A DNA stretch of 64,000 nucleotides, from the NCBI GenBank assembly GCA_965202585.1, contig OZ241826.1:42284001-42348000 (forward strand), given 5' to 3'. The notes beneath the pieces are model-generated. The model did not search any database. It saw only the letters and a program-made list of their open reading frames with translations, and was not told where the DNA came from. This DNA is from Thalia democratica (lineage: Eukaryota). This document shows, piece after piece, positions 38,201-51,900 of this stretch (the first letter of the stretch is position 1; each line of letters opens with the position of its first letter). The position numbers and the translations under genes were made by a program.

Positions 38201-41200
38201 CAATTAAATCTTTAATATAAGTTTGAAAAAAATGACTTTTTAGATTAGCTAGTATGTAACTTTGTCTTGTAAAAGTTTTAATTTACTTTAAAAGTGCAAG
38301 TATTTTGAAAATTTTCAACTATTACCAACTAAACACAAAAACATGAAAAGTTTTTAGTACTAGTGATATTTTAATAAGAACACTTTGATATTTTTTGCTG
38401 AATTGTTTGTTTGAATTGCTAAAATTAAAAGATAAGCTGTGTCATTGTTAAATGTTATATAAAATACTTATTTTTTATTTATTTTGTAAACTAGTTTATT
38501 CACTAAGCATAACTTGTGATTTTCAAAAGTTTAAAACATAACTTTTAATAAAGATTAAACTATCCTTGCGACAGTTTTATAGTATTCAAGCATTTAGACA
38601 AAATAAGTGCGGTATAAGTTCAATTATAAGCTCGATTTTAGCTAAATACAAATAAAAACGAATAAAAAACTTTATAAGACAAATAATCTAGAAAGAAATA
38701 AAACAGCAAACCATGCGTTCTACAACAACAAAAAAAATCTAGCATGAAAGCTAACAGATAGCTCATAAACAAATGAACACATTTTATTATGTGCCACTAC
38801 TACTTTAGAAACTAACAGCATGACTAGAAAAAGCATATATTCAAGAATAAAAACTATAATAAATTTGCCTGGTGCTAAAAGAAGAAGAAAAACTTAATCT
38901 TCAGGGCAAGAGTAATCCGCTCAACCTCACAACTGCCAATGTTTAATTCAGCCAACTCAGTTTGTCATGTTCTACTGAGTTTAGTTTAAACAAAAATAGT
39001 TTGGGCAAGTATCGTTTATTGTTTATTTGATAACCCAAAAGTGTCGCACTAGATAGTTTTGAAAGTTCGATTTTACGTGGTCTTTATCATACACGAATTT
39101 AGTAGTGTTTACAGTCATAAGATTACGCTTTAAGTAAACTTATATAAAAACTAGGATTACACAAATGTTAAAAGTAGTTTAGCTTTGAAATTTCTTTTAC
39201 ATAAAAGGAAAACTGTTAATATTACTGCCTGTTAAAGTTTTAGCCATTTTGTTTGAAAGATATCAAGTTGTACATTTTTTGCTTCTGTGAATCTAGAAAG
39301 AACGTTTTAACTATTTTCTTAATATAAAACTTGTTACACTTACATAAAATAACATTGTGGAACTTTAATATGGTTTATTCAATGATTTTTTGAATTTTGC
39401 AGACGACCTGTGTACATGATTGATACCATGAATATATTAGTACAACAGTTTTCTCAAAATTATTCTTAAAGCACTAAAATTAGTATAGCTTGAACTATTA
39501 AATCATAAGTCTGGACGCTAAAACAAAAAAAAATCAGCATTTTCATTTGAATACTTTGTAATAAGCAAAACAGATAATTTTTATCTAGTTAGTTTAAATT
39601 TTAAAACCTTATGATTTTAGTATTTTTTTTTATTAATGCAAGCCTTACGAAAAAAAATTGCAGGCCGTTTAAAAACTTTAGCATGTTGAAATTTATTAAA
39701 CTTTAAGGTAAACTATATTTTGTACATTAACTCAATAAACTTAAATATCACTCTATGTCAAAACGTTAAAGCAATTAAAAACTTATCTATATGCGAAGAA
39801 TTTTAAGTGATATAATATTTCGATACCCATTGTTAAAGCTAAATGATAACTTGTAAAATTTGTTTTATAAACATTATCATTCAGCCACGAAATCTTTTAA
39901 TTGAAAATTAATTAAAAAACTTTTGTATATTGAATATAAATCAAATACATATTAAAGAAATTACATTTGTTATACTTTAATAAACTAAATTGGCAACTAT
40001 TTTAATTTAATGGTGGTTAGCAATGGTGAATTGATTATACAAAAATTTTAGGTTTGTCATCTTTACTTTCAAGGTTTGTTTTTGTGTTTACAGTATTTTC
40101 CTCGACAGAACCTCATATATTTTATTGAGGTGGTAAACATCATGAGTGACATACGTTGAATATATTCAACTAATTGTTTTAAAAAGGGGTTAAAAGTGTC
40201 AATCTTGCTTAACAGTGCAAGGCACTAAACAGAACAAAGTATCTGGTATTTACATACTTGTGCCATTTCTACCGTTTTAAAAATAATCATTTTATAAATA
40301 AATCCGTGTAACTGGCGTTTTCAAACACTTTAACATGATTAATTTCTATATTTATGTGTATGTGACATTTAACTGTCAAAATTTGTTTAAAATGCATTAA
40401 ATACCGACAAAAATTAGACCGCAAGTGCAAATAAAACACTTTTAATCCTTTATTTTGTGTCCAGCTACCAGTTTGCAAGTTAAAACAAGCTGTTTTTCGA
40501 TATTTCTAAGTATAACGTACTTAGCTAAAGCCATATTTATAAAACTTCTATTTAACCGCAGAGTTCTACCATAAATAAGTTTTAAGATGAAGAAACAACA
40601 AAAGTTTGTAATTAATCAAAATTACCTTAACTGTCCGCAGGTGAAGTGTTGGTAACATAAACATGCGCTTGTCGTGTTTACAAAACTTTTATTTTTTTAT
40701 TTTTTGAGTTGGTTTAAAATGTAACTTTTTTAATTTTTCTTTGAGTTATTACTCATGATAAATGCTTTAAGCACGCTGTAAGATAGTTGAAAAACAGCGT
40801 AAGGATAGTTATTGTTAGATAAAACAAGCAAAAAAAGTTTGGGACACAGTTTTTAGTAAAATTGCAAGATTTAAAATATAAAATTTATAAAGTGCTGTTA
40901 TCAAAATAACTCTGAAGAAACTAAAATCATGACTAATAGACTAGTCTTTTTATGTATTTTTATCAATTTAAAAAATAAAAAAGATTTAACAGTATGAAAC
41001 AGTGCATATTTCATGGTCATTATAAATAAGATATATCAGTCCGATACGATATAGTTTTTTGTATTTTGAAAACAAAACTGGTTTTTGAAATTAAATACAA
41101 AACTCTGTGTGCACACAAATACAAATTGTATTTAAAGCCTTTAATTTTACACTGTTTACGGTTTGTTTTACCGAAAATTAAAAATATATATACATAATTC

Positions 41201-41607
41201 AATTAATAAATTGGGCAAAACAGAGCAGGTTGCAGAACAAAAGGCCTGGCTGTCAAATGAAGTACAAATATAGCGCAATTATCACGAAATTTCAGTTGTA
41301 TCTGTCAATCACCTTGTAATTATGTCTCTTGTTAGGAAAAACTCACTGCGAATTCTCCTCTGAAAACATTGTAGTTACATTTCCACAACAAACAGTTTAA
41401 ACTTTAAAAGTTGCTGTTTAATTTTTGTTCCGAGTAACAATTTTATTTAAAACTAAAGGGCTTGTTTACAATATATGTTTATGTACGTTTTAATTTCTCA
41501 TTGTGTTAATTTAAAACCACACAAATAAAACTTTATATTTGAAATTTTCCTTATAAATTAAAATTGAAAACTACTCACAAATTTACATTAAATTTAACAA
41601 TCAAACC

Positions 41608-41863
41608 TAGGGGTGGGCAGCGTTTTAAGTCAGCGGGCCAGATGTGGAAAAGCTTAATCTTTGGCGAGCAGGATCATTTTAATTTAATTTACGAAAATTG
41701 CTTAACTATCCAATTAATTTCGAAAAAAAAAATTAACTCTAAGTGAATTTTTTACCATGTTTTAAATTTTAATAAATAATAGTATAAGTTAGAAAAACTT
41801 GTTTATCTGGCCAGGTTAAAATGTTTACCAGCCTTAGTTTTACCTTTTGTCGGCACACTCCTA
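41608..41863. mobile_element. Degenerate 256-bp hAT-like MITE
   Basis: Left end TAGGGGTGGGCAG; the right end reverse-complements to TAGGAGTGTGCCG. Subterminal inverted GGCCAGAT (41636-41643) and ATCTGGCC (41805-41812). The 8-bp flanks atcaaacc and gtctaacc match 6/8, consistent with an aged hAT target-site duplication. Confidence 0.6.
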
Positions 41864-42885
41864 GTCTAACCTGATAATTACCTGGATGCGTTTCTCCTGT
41901 GTGATTTTTTTTTAATTCACAAAAGTTACTCAACTGTTCAATTGATTTCGGAAAAATTATTAATTCTATGCGACTCTATTTTTACTATGATTTAAATCTC
42001 TCGTAAACTGTAACTAAGTTTTTCTTTGCTCTTTGTTTTTAATTTCATAGTACCTAGTGTAAGTTTAAAAGATGGTTTATCGGAATGGGTTTTATGTTTT
42101 CGCGGGATGTATATTACCTACTCCTAATCTAAATAAATATAATGTTTATTTACTACTATGAAAATCAATAAACAACTTTAAATCATCTTTTAAATCTTCA
42201 AATAAGCATAATGTTAACCTCATTTTACAAAAAATGTAATACATATTTTTAATAATTTTATTTAAAAGAAGAAGAGCAATTTTTTTTTTGCTTCAATTTT
42301 ATTTTCATATATGACTTTTATCCATGATAAATGCAAACGATTATTAAAAGTATAGAAAAAGAACAAAATAAATTTTAAATAGGAAGTACTTTTAATGTTT
42401 TAAAACTAAATTTGCTCAAAAATATTATTTTCTAAAAGTCACCGGGCATAGTTTTACTTAAAAAGAAATTAGTGAACAATTACTACTAAGTTCAATAAAA
42501 CGGACAGATACGAAAAATAGAACTTTACAAAAACTCACACAAAAATACAAGGTCTAAAAACAAGAAAAATGTATAAAAAATTGCACGGTAAGGCTTATTA
42601 TAAAATCAAATTGAAAATAGAAAAGCCAGTCATACGTTGCGGAAACTTCGTAGCTTGTGAACGGACTACATAAAATTTATTTAAGTTCTTCAATAAAAAC
42701 TTAAATAAATATTTACTGCTCTTTTATTCTCTACTACTTAAATAAAACTGAAAAATTAAAAACATATCTATGTACTAAAAATGGATAAAAATATTAAAAG
42801 TTTATAACTATGTGGGCAAGTATTTCTGGCTTTTGAATTGAAAGCAGCTGATTGGCTCGTTGGCTGATCACGTGGTGTGACCTAA

Positions 42886-42976
42886 TTACATGATGACGCA
42901 GTTCTCCTTTCCCGCCTCCATGTCCATTATGTCCTGGTTGATCATTCCCTGGATGTGTTCTTCCAATTCTGCAGCT
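42886..42976 (-). CDS. ehbp1: Ehbp1-like last coding exon L (AAELEEHIQGMINQDIMDMEAGKENCVIM*) with CaaX box
   Basis: attatcag|A GCT...TGC GTC ATC ATG TAA; stop at 42886-42888; AATAAA on the minus strand at 42723-42728 and 42676-42681. Confidence 0.88.
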
Positions 42977-45900
42977 CTGATAATATTGACAAAATTAATA
43001 AAAACAAATAGCTACTTTAAAATTTCAGCGTATGCCTAATACTTTAATGTTTTTAACAAACTCGCTCTTTTTAAATTCGCTTAAAACGTGATACTAGTTA
43101 TGAAAATAGGTATAAGAAGTATGTTATATGTGAACTACTCTGGATTGGTCAAAATTTCCGAAGAATAATTAAATTACTATAATTTTTAGTTAAAAAAATA
43201 TTAAAAGAAAAAAACCTGAATCTCAAACAAGTATAAAAAAAACTAAATTAAATATCAAGACTAATCTAACCAAAATTATTTTTTTTATTAAAAGCGCAAT
43301 TAAATCGATATTATAGAAACTGACTCTTCCTCCTTCTCGTCGATCCGGTGTATTATTTCGTTCTTCTCGTTGACAAGCGCGATCTTCTTCATGATGAGCT
43401 CCTCCTCCTTCTGCTTCATCGCGTCGCTTTTCATGTGCTCTGTGTGTATTGAGGTACGATAATAAAAAGTATTTGAAAAAATTTTGACGAAATGATGTAA
43501 AATAAAAAAACGGAATACAATTACCATTTGTTACAGGTTTTTGCTGTTCTAAGTCAATTTCATTATTGCAGCAAGATGACTAAATGGAATTAAAATTAAT
43601 CTCACAAGTGATACTGTTATTAAAAAAAAATTATTATACATAAACAAAAGATTTATTCAACAAAATCATATATAATGTGACTTTTTCGACCTACTTTACT
43701 CACTTGAAAAAATAAAAAAACAAAAATTTAAAAAATATATAGTCACTAAGCAATCTAAACAAAATTACAAGCGTTCAATAGTGTGTATGTTATGAAACAA
43801 CATTTTATATTTTCAATGACTTCACGGAATTGACGCTAGTCATAAACTGGAATATCACCCAATAAATCTAAAGAAGTTTTAATGTAAGTGTCAAAATATA
43901 AATGACGCAAATAAACAGTACCAGTACCTGTAAAATGAAGTATCATTTAATTAAATTGTTTGTTTTCCTGTGGCTTTGAAGTATAAACTCAATTAATATA
44001 ATTAATGTGCATAAAAGTTACAGTTTTTTTGTTCTATATAAAAGTTTTTAGACCTTTAATATTATAAAAACTCACTCTATGACGAAATGTTACTTTTTAA
44101 ACATCAATTAAAACCACACCTCAAGATATATAAACTTTTTAGCAAATATTCTAACAAATTTCAAACTCCTTACTTTTGTCGAACTATAATAAAGATATGA
44201 CTAAACATACTAAAAATCAACCTTTAAAAACTTATTGGAATACCAAGACACTTTTAGTCGTAATTTAAAGCACGAAAACATTTAAACCTGTACAAAATTG
44301 AGAGATTTTCTAATTAACCATAGCAACTTAAAAGTACTAAAACCCTCTATCGTTCAAAGAAAGCCGCGTGCAAACCAAATCTTTCTGAAATTCAAAGCAA
44401 AACACAAAGTTCCGGTGTAATTACAAAATATGAATTAATTGCAAATCAACATATTGCAGGTGCTTACGGTGACCACCCTGTGTTGCGACTAGCAGCTGTT
44501 TAATCGATTACTTATAATTGACCTTGATCGTCAATATCAACCCCACTAATCAAATGTGCTTCCGCGTCTAGTCACTAGTTTCAAAAGTCGCGCATTTTTG
44601 ATGCAATTCGTTTTGTAATAAAAACTGAAATACTGAGTTGCATTTGTTTAGCATAGACATTACAGTTTATTTTTAATCAGAGCAAAGGTGTCATATCGGT
44701 TGTTGTGAATGAAATAAAAAGAAGAAAGTAAATATAAGCTAATATAGGTATAATGTAAGTATAAGTTTATAAAGAATTTAAGTTTTTTTTTTTGTGAAAA
44801 AAAATATTTTTATATCAGAAATAATAATTTTGTTTTGAAGCAACAAAATCAAACCTTTCAAAACTGCTAACAATTATTAAAAATTGTAAAAGTTATTGAT
44901 TTATGCTAAAAAGAGCTAATTTATAAAATCAAAAAAATATTGAACATTTTTTTATTAATTACGATTTTACATTAAATATAACTAGTTACGGACTTTTAAA
45001 AAAAATTTATTTCACGGTTAAAAGTTAATTTTCCGTCTAACAACCATTGCAAAATTTAGTTAATTTAACTTTAACCTAGCCAATACATTATGCGATCTAT
45101 CTCTTTAATGCAGCAGTAGAATCTGAACATTTATGATTGAACAGGCAAAAATGTCCATTTATCCAACTAAAACACACAATGTAAAATGAAATAAAAGATT
45201 GTGAATCGAAATAGCAGGTGTATGGTTAAGGCCACCCAATGCAAATTGCGATATTATTGTGATTTATTAATGACATTGTCACGTAATACAGGTGCCTGCA
45301 CTATCAACAACTGAGATTCACACATAAATATTCATAAAAGAGCAAAATGCATTGTTTAATTTGTTTCGCGGCCAAAAACTTGAAATAGCTTAGTTATAAA
45401 CTTGTACACTTCTGTTTAAATTTTAACTTTGCATTCAAGTGGGCAAATAAGACTTATTTGCGTCAGAAAATGCATTAAAAACTGAACATCCACATATATT
45501 ATGTTTTCGCACAACATTGTTATCTTATTCTGGTACAGCTAACCAAAACAAAACTCAAAATGACATAAAGGTTATTAAATTGCACTTATCTGATCACAAA
45601 TGTTTTGTCAGAGTGTTTTTTAATTTAATTTGTTCAATTTAATACACCATGTTTCGTTATCTTCGCACAACGACGCTTTTAAACGTCAACAAACTTATTA
45701 AAACGCGGTTATCTGATCAAAAATGTTTTGTTAACGCGGGTAAGTAACATTTTGTTTAATTAACTCTTGAACTTTGCTAACATTTTAGTATTTTCACTCT
45801 CACAGAGAGTTTAATTAACTTTTGAATGGTAATATTTACGCCGTCAAAACTGTCATGTAAGCAGTGGTAATAAGTGTTACCGATTGTTATTCTGAAAACA

Positions 45901-48900
45901 AAAAAACTTAGTTTGCGAAATAACATCGGTAGCAAGCACGCTTTAATTATTTATTTTATTGTTTCAGCAGATTAAAACAACTTTTTCAGCGAGCGTATTT
46001 GTTGTGACTACCGGCAAATATAAGTTAAGCAAATTAATTAAGCTTCGTGTTTATTTGAAAACACGTTTTTAAATAAACCAACGAAACTGACCGGTTATTT
46101 TTAGACTTTTTTTGCTAACTTCGAATAAAAAGTAGCGGTCTGCATTAAATTTACAATTAAAACGACAGGCCGCTGCAGAATAACAATTAAATTGATTGAA
46201 ATTAACATTAATATCGTCTGCGCGAGCGCGACCGGAAACCTATGAAAGCGAAAAAAAAAAACTGCAATTAAAAATTTCAAAGTCGCCAAACCTTCAACTA
46301 TTTTTGGCCGAACAAAAAGTTGAAGGTAGCGAAATAAATCGGGGTTTCCGATCGCAACTGCCATCGAACGCGGAAGGAACCCCACACGCGCAAGCTGCGC
46401 AGGTGGCTACTACAGTTTGTTTTCAATTCCTCTTATAACATCTGTCGCACTTGTTAGATTGCGCAGGTCGCCACAACAAAGCGATCAAAAAAAGCTTTAA
46501 CGGCAACTGAATTTTTGCGCACAAAAACTACTACTGTGTGCAGTTTTTCTCGAGCGGCGCACTGAAAGGTCTGATCACCAATCAAAGATGACGTTTCATC
46601 GCGTCGGCGCTTCAATCATCGAGAAACAATACATATTCACAACACATGGAGAGACATGATGTAATTTAATTAACTTGGCATTCCAGTGTCTCAAATTGCC
46701 ACCGCAACGAAAACCCAACTTGAATTTCCAACCAAATACATCTCGAATCTCCAGTTCAGACTTGCAGGCGTCTGACAGTGGAAATTTCTCAATCGTTCTG
46801 AATGGCGAACTTGAATCGGGTGAAGTGCAGTTTCAATGGAGGCAGCAGCACAAGTAGGCAAGAGTGACCACTCAAAAAAACTGCAACTTTGCGCACCGAA
46901 CATTTTCTCAAAGCTGCAACAGCACAGAGATGTTTTCACTTGAAAGACAAGTGCTTTGGAAGCGAGCGATTTTCCACCGAATTGTTCTCAATGCGGATTG
47001 ACATTTAAACAATCTTCAAGTTAAATTTTGTTTGTTATTTTCAATGGAAACCATCTCAGTGATTAGACTTGTCGAGCTGTCATGACAAATTTGTAATTAT
47101 TGGATGATCCGAGCCGCTCCGTCAAACATTGTGACGCAACAGCAGTCGATTGTGACGTAAACAACAAATTATTGGATGAGAAGTTGAACAATTGACTTTC
47201 GCGTAACTCGCAAATCGTGTGTATGAGGTTTGTTGGAAATAACAAATCATCGATGTAAAAATTACCTTGAGAAAAGTAAAAAAAATTGAATAATAATCAA
47301 AAAAATAGTTCAGTGATATTAAGTTTTTTTAATAAAACTTGCTTGATTTAGCTTTATGGTGGTAAATTTGCATGCGAAATGAAAAAATTCCGTGCAAAAT
47401 TGAAACGTTACAAAGTTTTGAAGGAAATTTGAAAGAGATTAGTCACGCGCTTAATCTGCTAATTACAAATTTTGTTTACCGTTTGATTAATCGCACGGCC
47501 CAAATAAAAAGTTCAAATGACCCAACACCTTTTGTTTTTCCTTTCCTTGAAATTTTTGAATTTTTTCCTTTGCAGAGTGGGTTCAGAAATTGGTCGAAAC
47601 ACAATGCGAGAACAAAGCATTTAACAGATAAAAATCTTAAACAGAAAATCTAGATGAATTTGTTGTTAAAATGTTTCCCAAAACACCTTTGTCTTAAGAA
47701 ATTACGAAAAACCAAGGCATACTTTAGTATATGTTCATAAATATTCCGTTACAACTTAAAGTAAAAGTTGACAGCTTGACTACTACGTTTGGACAAAATT
47801 TACTATTTTATACTAAAGTACAACCGAAAAAAAAAACAATCATCTAAAAACTTAGTTTAAACTTTACAACTCATTGAGGCAAACTTAAGCGCGAGTATAT
47901 TCTCACACCGAATCTACCTTTCCGTGTGGATTTCCTTCAACAAACAACAAGTGAGTAGGAAAAATAACCTGAAAATCTGTCGAGAAACCAAAGTGGAAAA
48001 CACTGAAACTTTCACACACACATGTGATGGGAATTTTCAAAGAAGAGTCCCACGGTGTTGCAGCGGATTATCCTCGGTTTTGTTTTGAGAACATCTCCAC
48101 TGATCCCGCTAAGCTCCTCTAAACATAACTCGCTAATTGCCGCTCCAATCCAAACAAGACTCTCAATTCAAGTGAATTCAGAACAGTTACTTTTCACTCG
48201 CAATGTTAATAGTTTTAATTAAGATATTCATGTTTGTTTTTTTGTTTTATTTTATAATTTTTAGAGACAGATCAGAAAAGTAAATTTTCAAGGTACTGAA
48301 CTGTGCCTTTAAAACACTGAACTAAGTTTTCTTACTGAGCTACGAGGAAATTGCTAAAAAAATACAAGCACAAACAAAAAATAATACTATACTTCCTTAT
48401 TATTTTACAGACATCGTATTTTACATCATAATAATAATTAAAAATTTTCAAATAATAAGGATGACAATGTAAAAATAAACTAAAAAATTTAATAAATATT
48501 TTGTACACATCCTAAGCACGCTAATTTATGTTTCAAAAACACAAAAATTTTAACTTTGATGCCAAAAAGCCTGTACTTCGCAGGGGGTTATTGTGTGTAA
48601 AAATATTGACACTTTTCCAAGCCAGTCTTTCGAAGATATGTACAAAACAAAGGATTAATTGCTCGTTTGAGGCCGGAATTACGAACTAAAAAGTGTGTTG
48701 CCTGAGCTTAGTAAACTATGGTTTCTGTAATTCCATCAAATCCATTGTGTTTTAAATCGTAATGCTGATGATTTGACATAAAGATTAAACAGTGAATTTC
48801 GTGTTTTACAACGATTATCATTCTAATAATAGACTCACAAAAGACGCTTGTACCATTTACTAGAAGGTTTATTGAAGTACAAAAAGGTTTGGTTTTTAAT

Positions 48901-51900
48901 TGCGACTAAATTCAAAACACAGTAAAGCCTAAAGAGTCTAAAAACCAAGCTTGACAAAAAACTAATATTTTTCAAGATTTTCAGAGGTTTATTAAAAATG
49001 ACGCGTTGTGTTTCTTGCGTTTAAAAATGACGTGTTATGTAAACAAACTCAATTAACACGAGTTTTTCGATTACTATTGATTTTATATAAATTTCTACGT
49101 AGAGTCAAGTAAGCATGTAACAATGCATAGCACGAAGTAACGCAATAAAACTTTTCAGATTTCTATCAAGTGGATAATACAAAAGTCAAATTTAGTATTT
49201 AGCCAACAACTTGTGCCTGTCTCCAAAACTTTGCTTTCAAAAGCCGTTATTGTTGGCAGCTTTTTTATTTATCAAAGCAATAAAAGATCTGAGGAATTAA
49301 GCTGGGTAAAACGATTAACTTTTTCTTAATAAATAGCAGAAGACAACAATTACATCTTTTTTCTTGTAAGCGACAGCTGCTAGCAACTATTTTACTACTT
49401 AATTGATTTAGTGGATTAGGGGATTTGTAAACTTTTTGATCAGCTGTATCTGAACTTTAGCATCTGGATTTTTTGTCAGCAACAAAGACATGATTTATCA
49501 CATTTTGAGATCAAAGAAAAAAACTTTTATTCTTAACAAAGGCCACTCTCATTCCGTTTACAGAAAACCTGTGAAAAAAAAACTGAACAGCGTTTTGAGA
49601 AGGCCCACCTTTTCATAATTTTTCAAGGGGGCTAGCGTATCAAATCGGGTCTGAAAGTATAGCGACGCTGTGTTGCAGATGCTATTGATAAGCGGTGTTT
49701 AGTCAACACGACTGTAACACCTGCCGCGCTGTAACAAGTCGTGTTTCATCTCGAGAAAATTTCCTTTGAAACAAAACAACAAAAGTCACTTCTAAACCCG
49801 CACAAAAACAAATTTCTCAGGGATGAATTTTTTTGGTGATTTTTTTTTTTGAAAATAAAAGCGTGACCGTTTTAAATTAAAACAACCATCAGCAGCAGTT
49901 TTGTAAAGTTTCAACATTCGGCAGGGTCAAGGCGGGCTGCGCGGGCGGCGAAATGAAGAAGCTGATTTTAATTGGTTTGCAGCAGATAAACAGATGTAGA
50001 TGGCAGCGATACGAGCTAGTACCAAATGCAAGTAGAACAATCGAGCGCTAATTACACAAGGGTTTTGTACGTGTTGTTATAATACACAAGTCGTGACAAA
50101 AACAGAACAGAAGATTTATTGATGTGTGTTAAACATGGCTGAATTTATCGAGCTGTATTTTTTTCAGTTTTTTATAAACGGTTTATAGTTAAATTAAAAA
50201 AAAAAATCAACTTTTCATAGCTTGAAATCTTAGGTACTGAAGAAATTATTTGTAGAAATAGGAAATATATGAAACTTATAATCAAAACTAATCAAACCTT
50301 CGATGTTGGCAAACTTGTTGACTTTTCTTTCGATTTCTTCTATTTCATTGATAACTCGCTGTTCATCGTGGCTGTAAATTTAGTTGTCATTTAATATAAA
50401 GAAAATACATATAAACCAATTTGTTTTGTTTAACTTGTTTCCGTGGAGTAAGGCAAAAACTGGCTTTTATTTAACTTATAACAATACACTTATTTACAGT
50501 GTTAAAAAGTAAAATAGTAAAAGCCTAATAGTCTAGTATACATTTTAATCAGTAAATAACACAGCTTTCAGAAGTGGTCACAAAATTTGCATCGTTAAAA
50601 ATTTACAAAACCATAAATTCAAATTTTCGGAAACTTCTATTAATTACAACCCATTAAAACTTTAAATAACTGTATACACTACATATTTATACCACACAGC
50701 TTTTAAAAACCAATTAAGAATTAAGTTACTAAAGTACTTCGGGGTAAAATAACTTTCATGCGGGTTTTGTTTTGAATAATCTAAGATTAAAATCCCTACA
50801 AATCTTAGGAAGCTACAGCTTTGAAAGATAAATGAAAGTTAGGTTTTTAGCACTTACAGTAATGATTAATTATCAATTTATTGTATAAGGTTGGCAATGT
50901 GGTTTAAATACATTTGTTTTGAATTTTAATATACAAAACTTATAACAATAATTTCAAGTTTTTGAAAATCTTGAGTTTCCTCCATTTTATAATCTAAACT
51001 TTGTAATTAAAAACATAATGACGAACTTAAATCTTTAAGAGATTAAATGATAGAAGGCTTCATTGTTTATTAAAAAAAAACTTATCAAACATATCTAGGC
51101 TAAACAACAACAAACAAACTCTTATATAAATCAACAACATGCATTTGTTCACATAAAAGCCCTATTACAACACATAAAACAATAAATTTCAAATGGTAAC
51201 TGACGCCAAGCAAAGCTGATCCTGCTGTATGACCAGCCTGTTTTTCTTGTTGACTATCTGGATCCACTCCCTCGCCAGATCTTCCTCGCGCTGCTTCATC
51301 GCCTGATTGTTCCTTCCGAACACTGTTGATGAGGTTTAAGGTAAAAATAAATTTTTTGAAGTCTATGTTGATCTAGGTTGGTTCGGTGAAACAATTTTTT
51401 TATAAGTTTATCGACGTGTAATATTTTTATGTTTTATAAATAAATGTAAGTAAAGTTTGATGGAAAAAAAAATGGTTAAAATTCTAATTTTCTTCAAACA
51501 AAACGAATGTTATATGTTTAGTACTTATAACTCTTTACTAATAAGTTCTTAGACTTTTTTGAGGAAAAACCAATTTTGTTATGATTACTCAAGAGCACTA
51601 ACAGCGATTAAAAATAAGAAAATTAATTGATTTCACGGTTAATAAACTTTGCAATCAGAACAAGAAATCTTATAAAAAGTAATCTTGCTTTTATATATAT
51701 GAACCTTAGGTTAGTTATTGCTAATGAAGAAAATAAAAGTTCTTTGTTTTAAAATAAGAATAAACATCTTAGTAAGTACAAATTGTGAAGGACAAAATAT
51801 AAATCATTGTGTTTAAGTAATTTCAAATTTATTAATAAAATTGTCAAGTGTAATGTTCTTACCATACATAACACAAGTTTAAATATTTATCTAATTAAAT

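Noticed and set aside
46675-46939. Overlapping 60-82 aa ORFs in an Ehbp1 intron (LQASDSGNFS, Ig-like look)
   Set aside because: No Cys/Trp Ig pattern or splice support, and exons J and K already join in frame without it.
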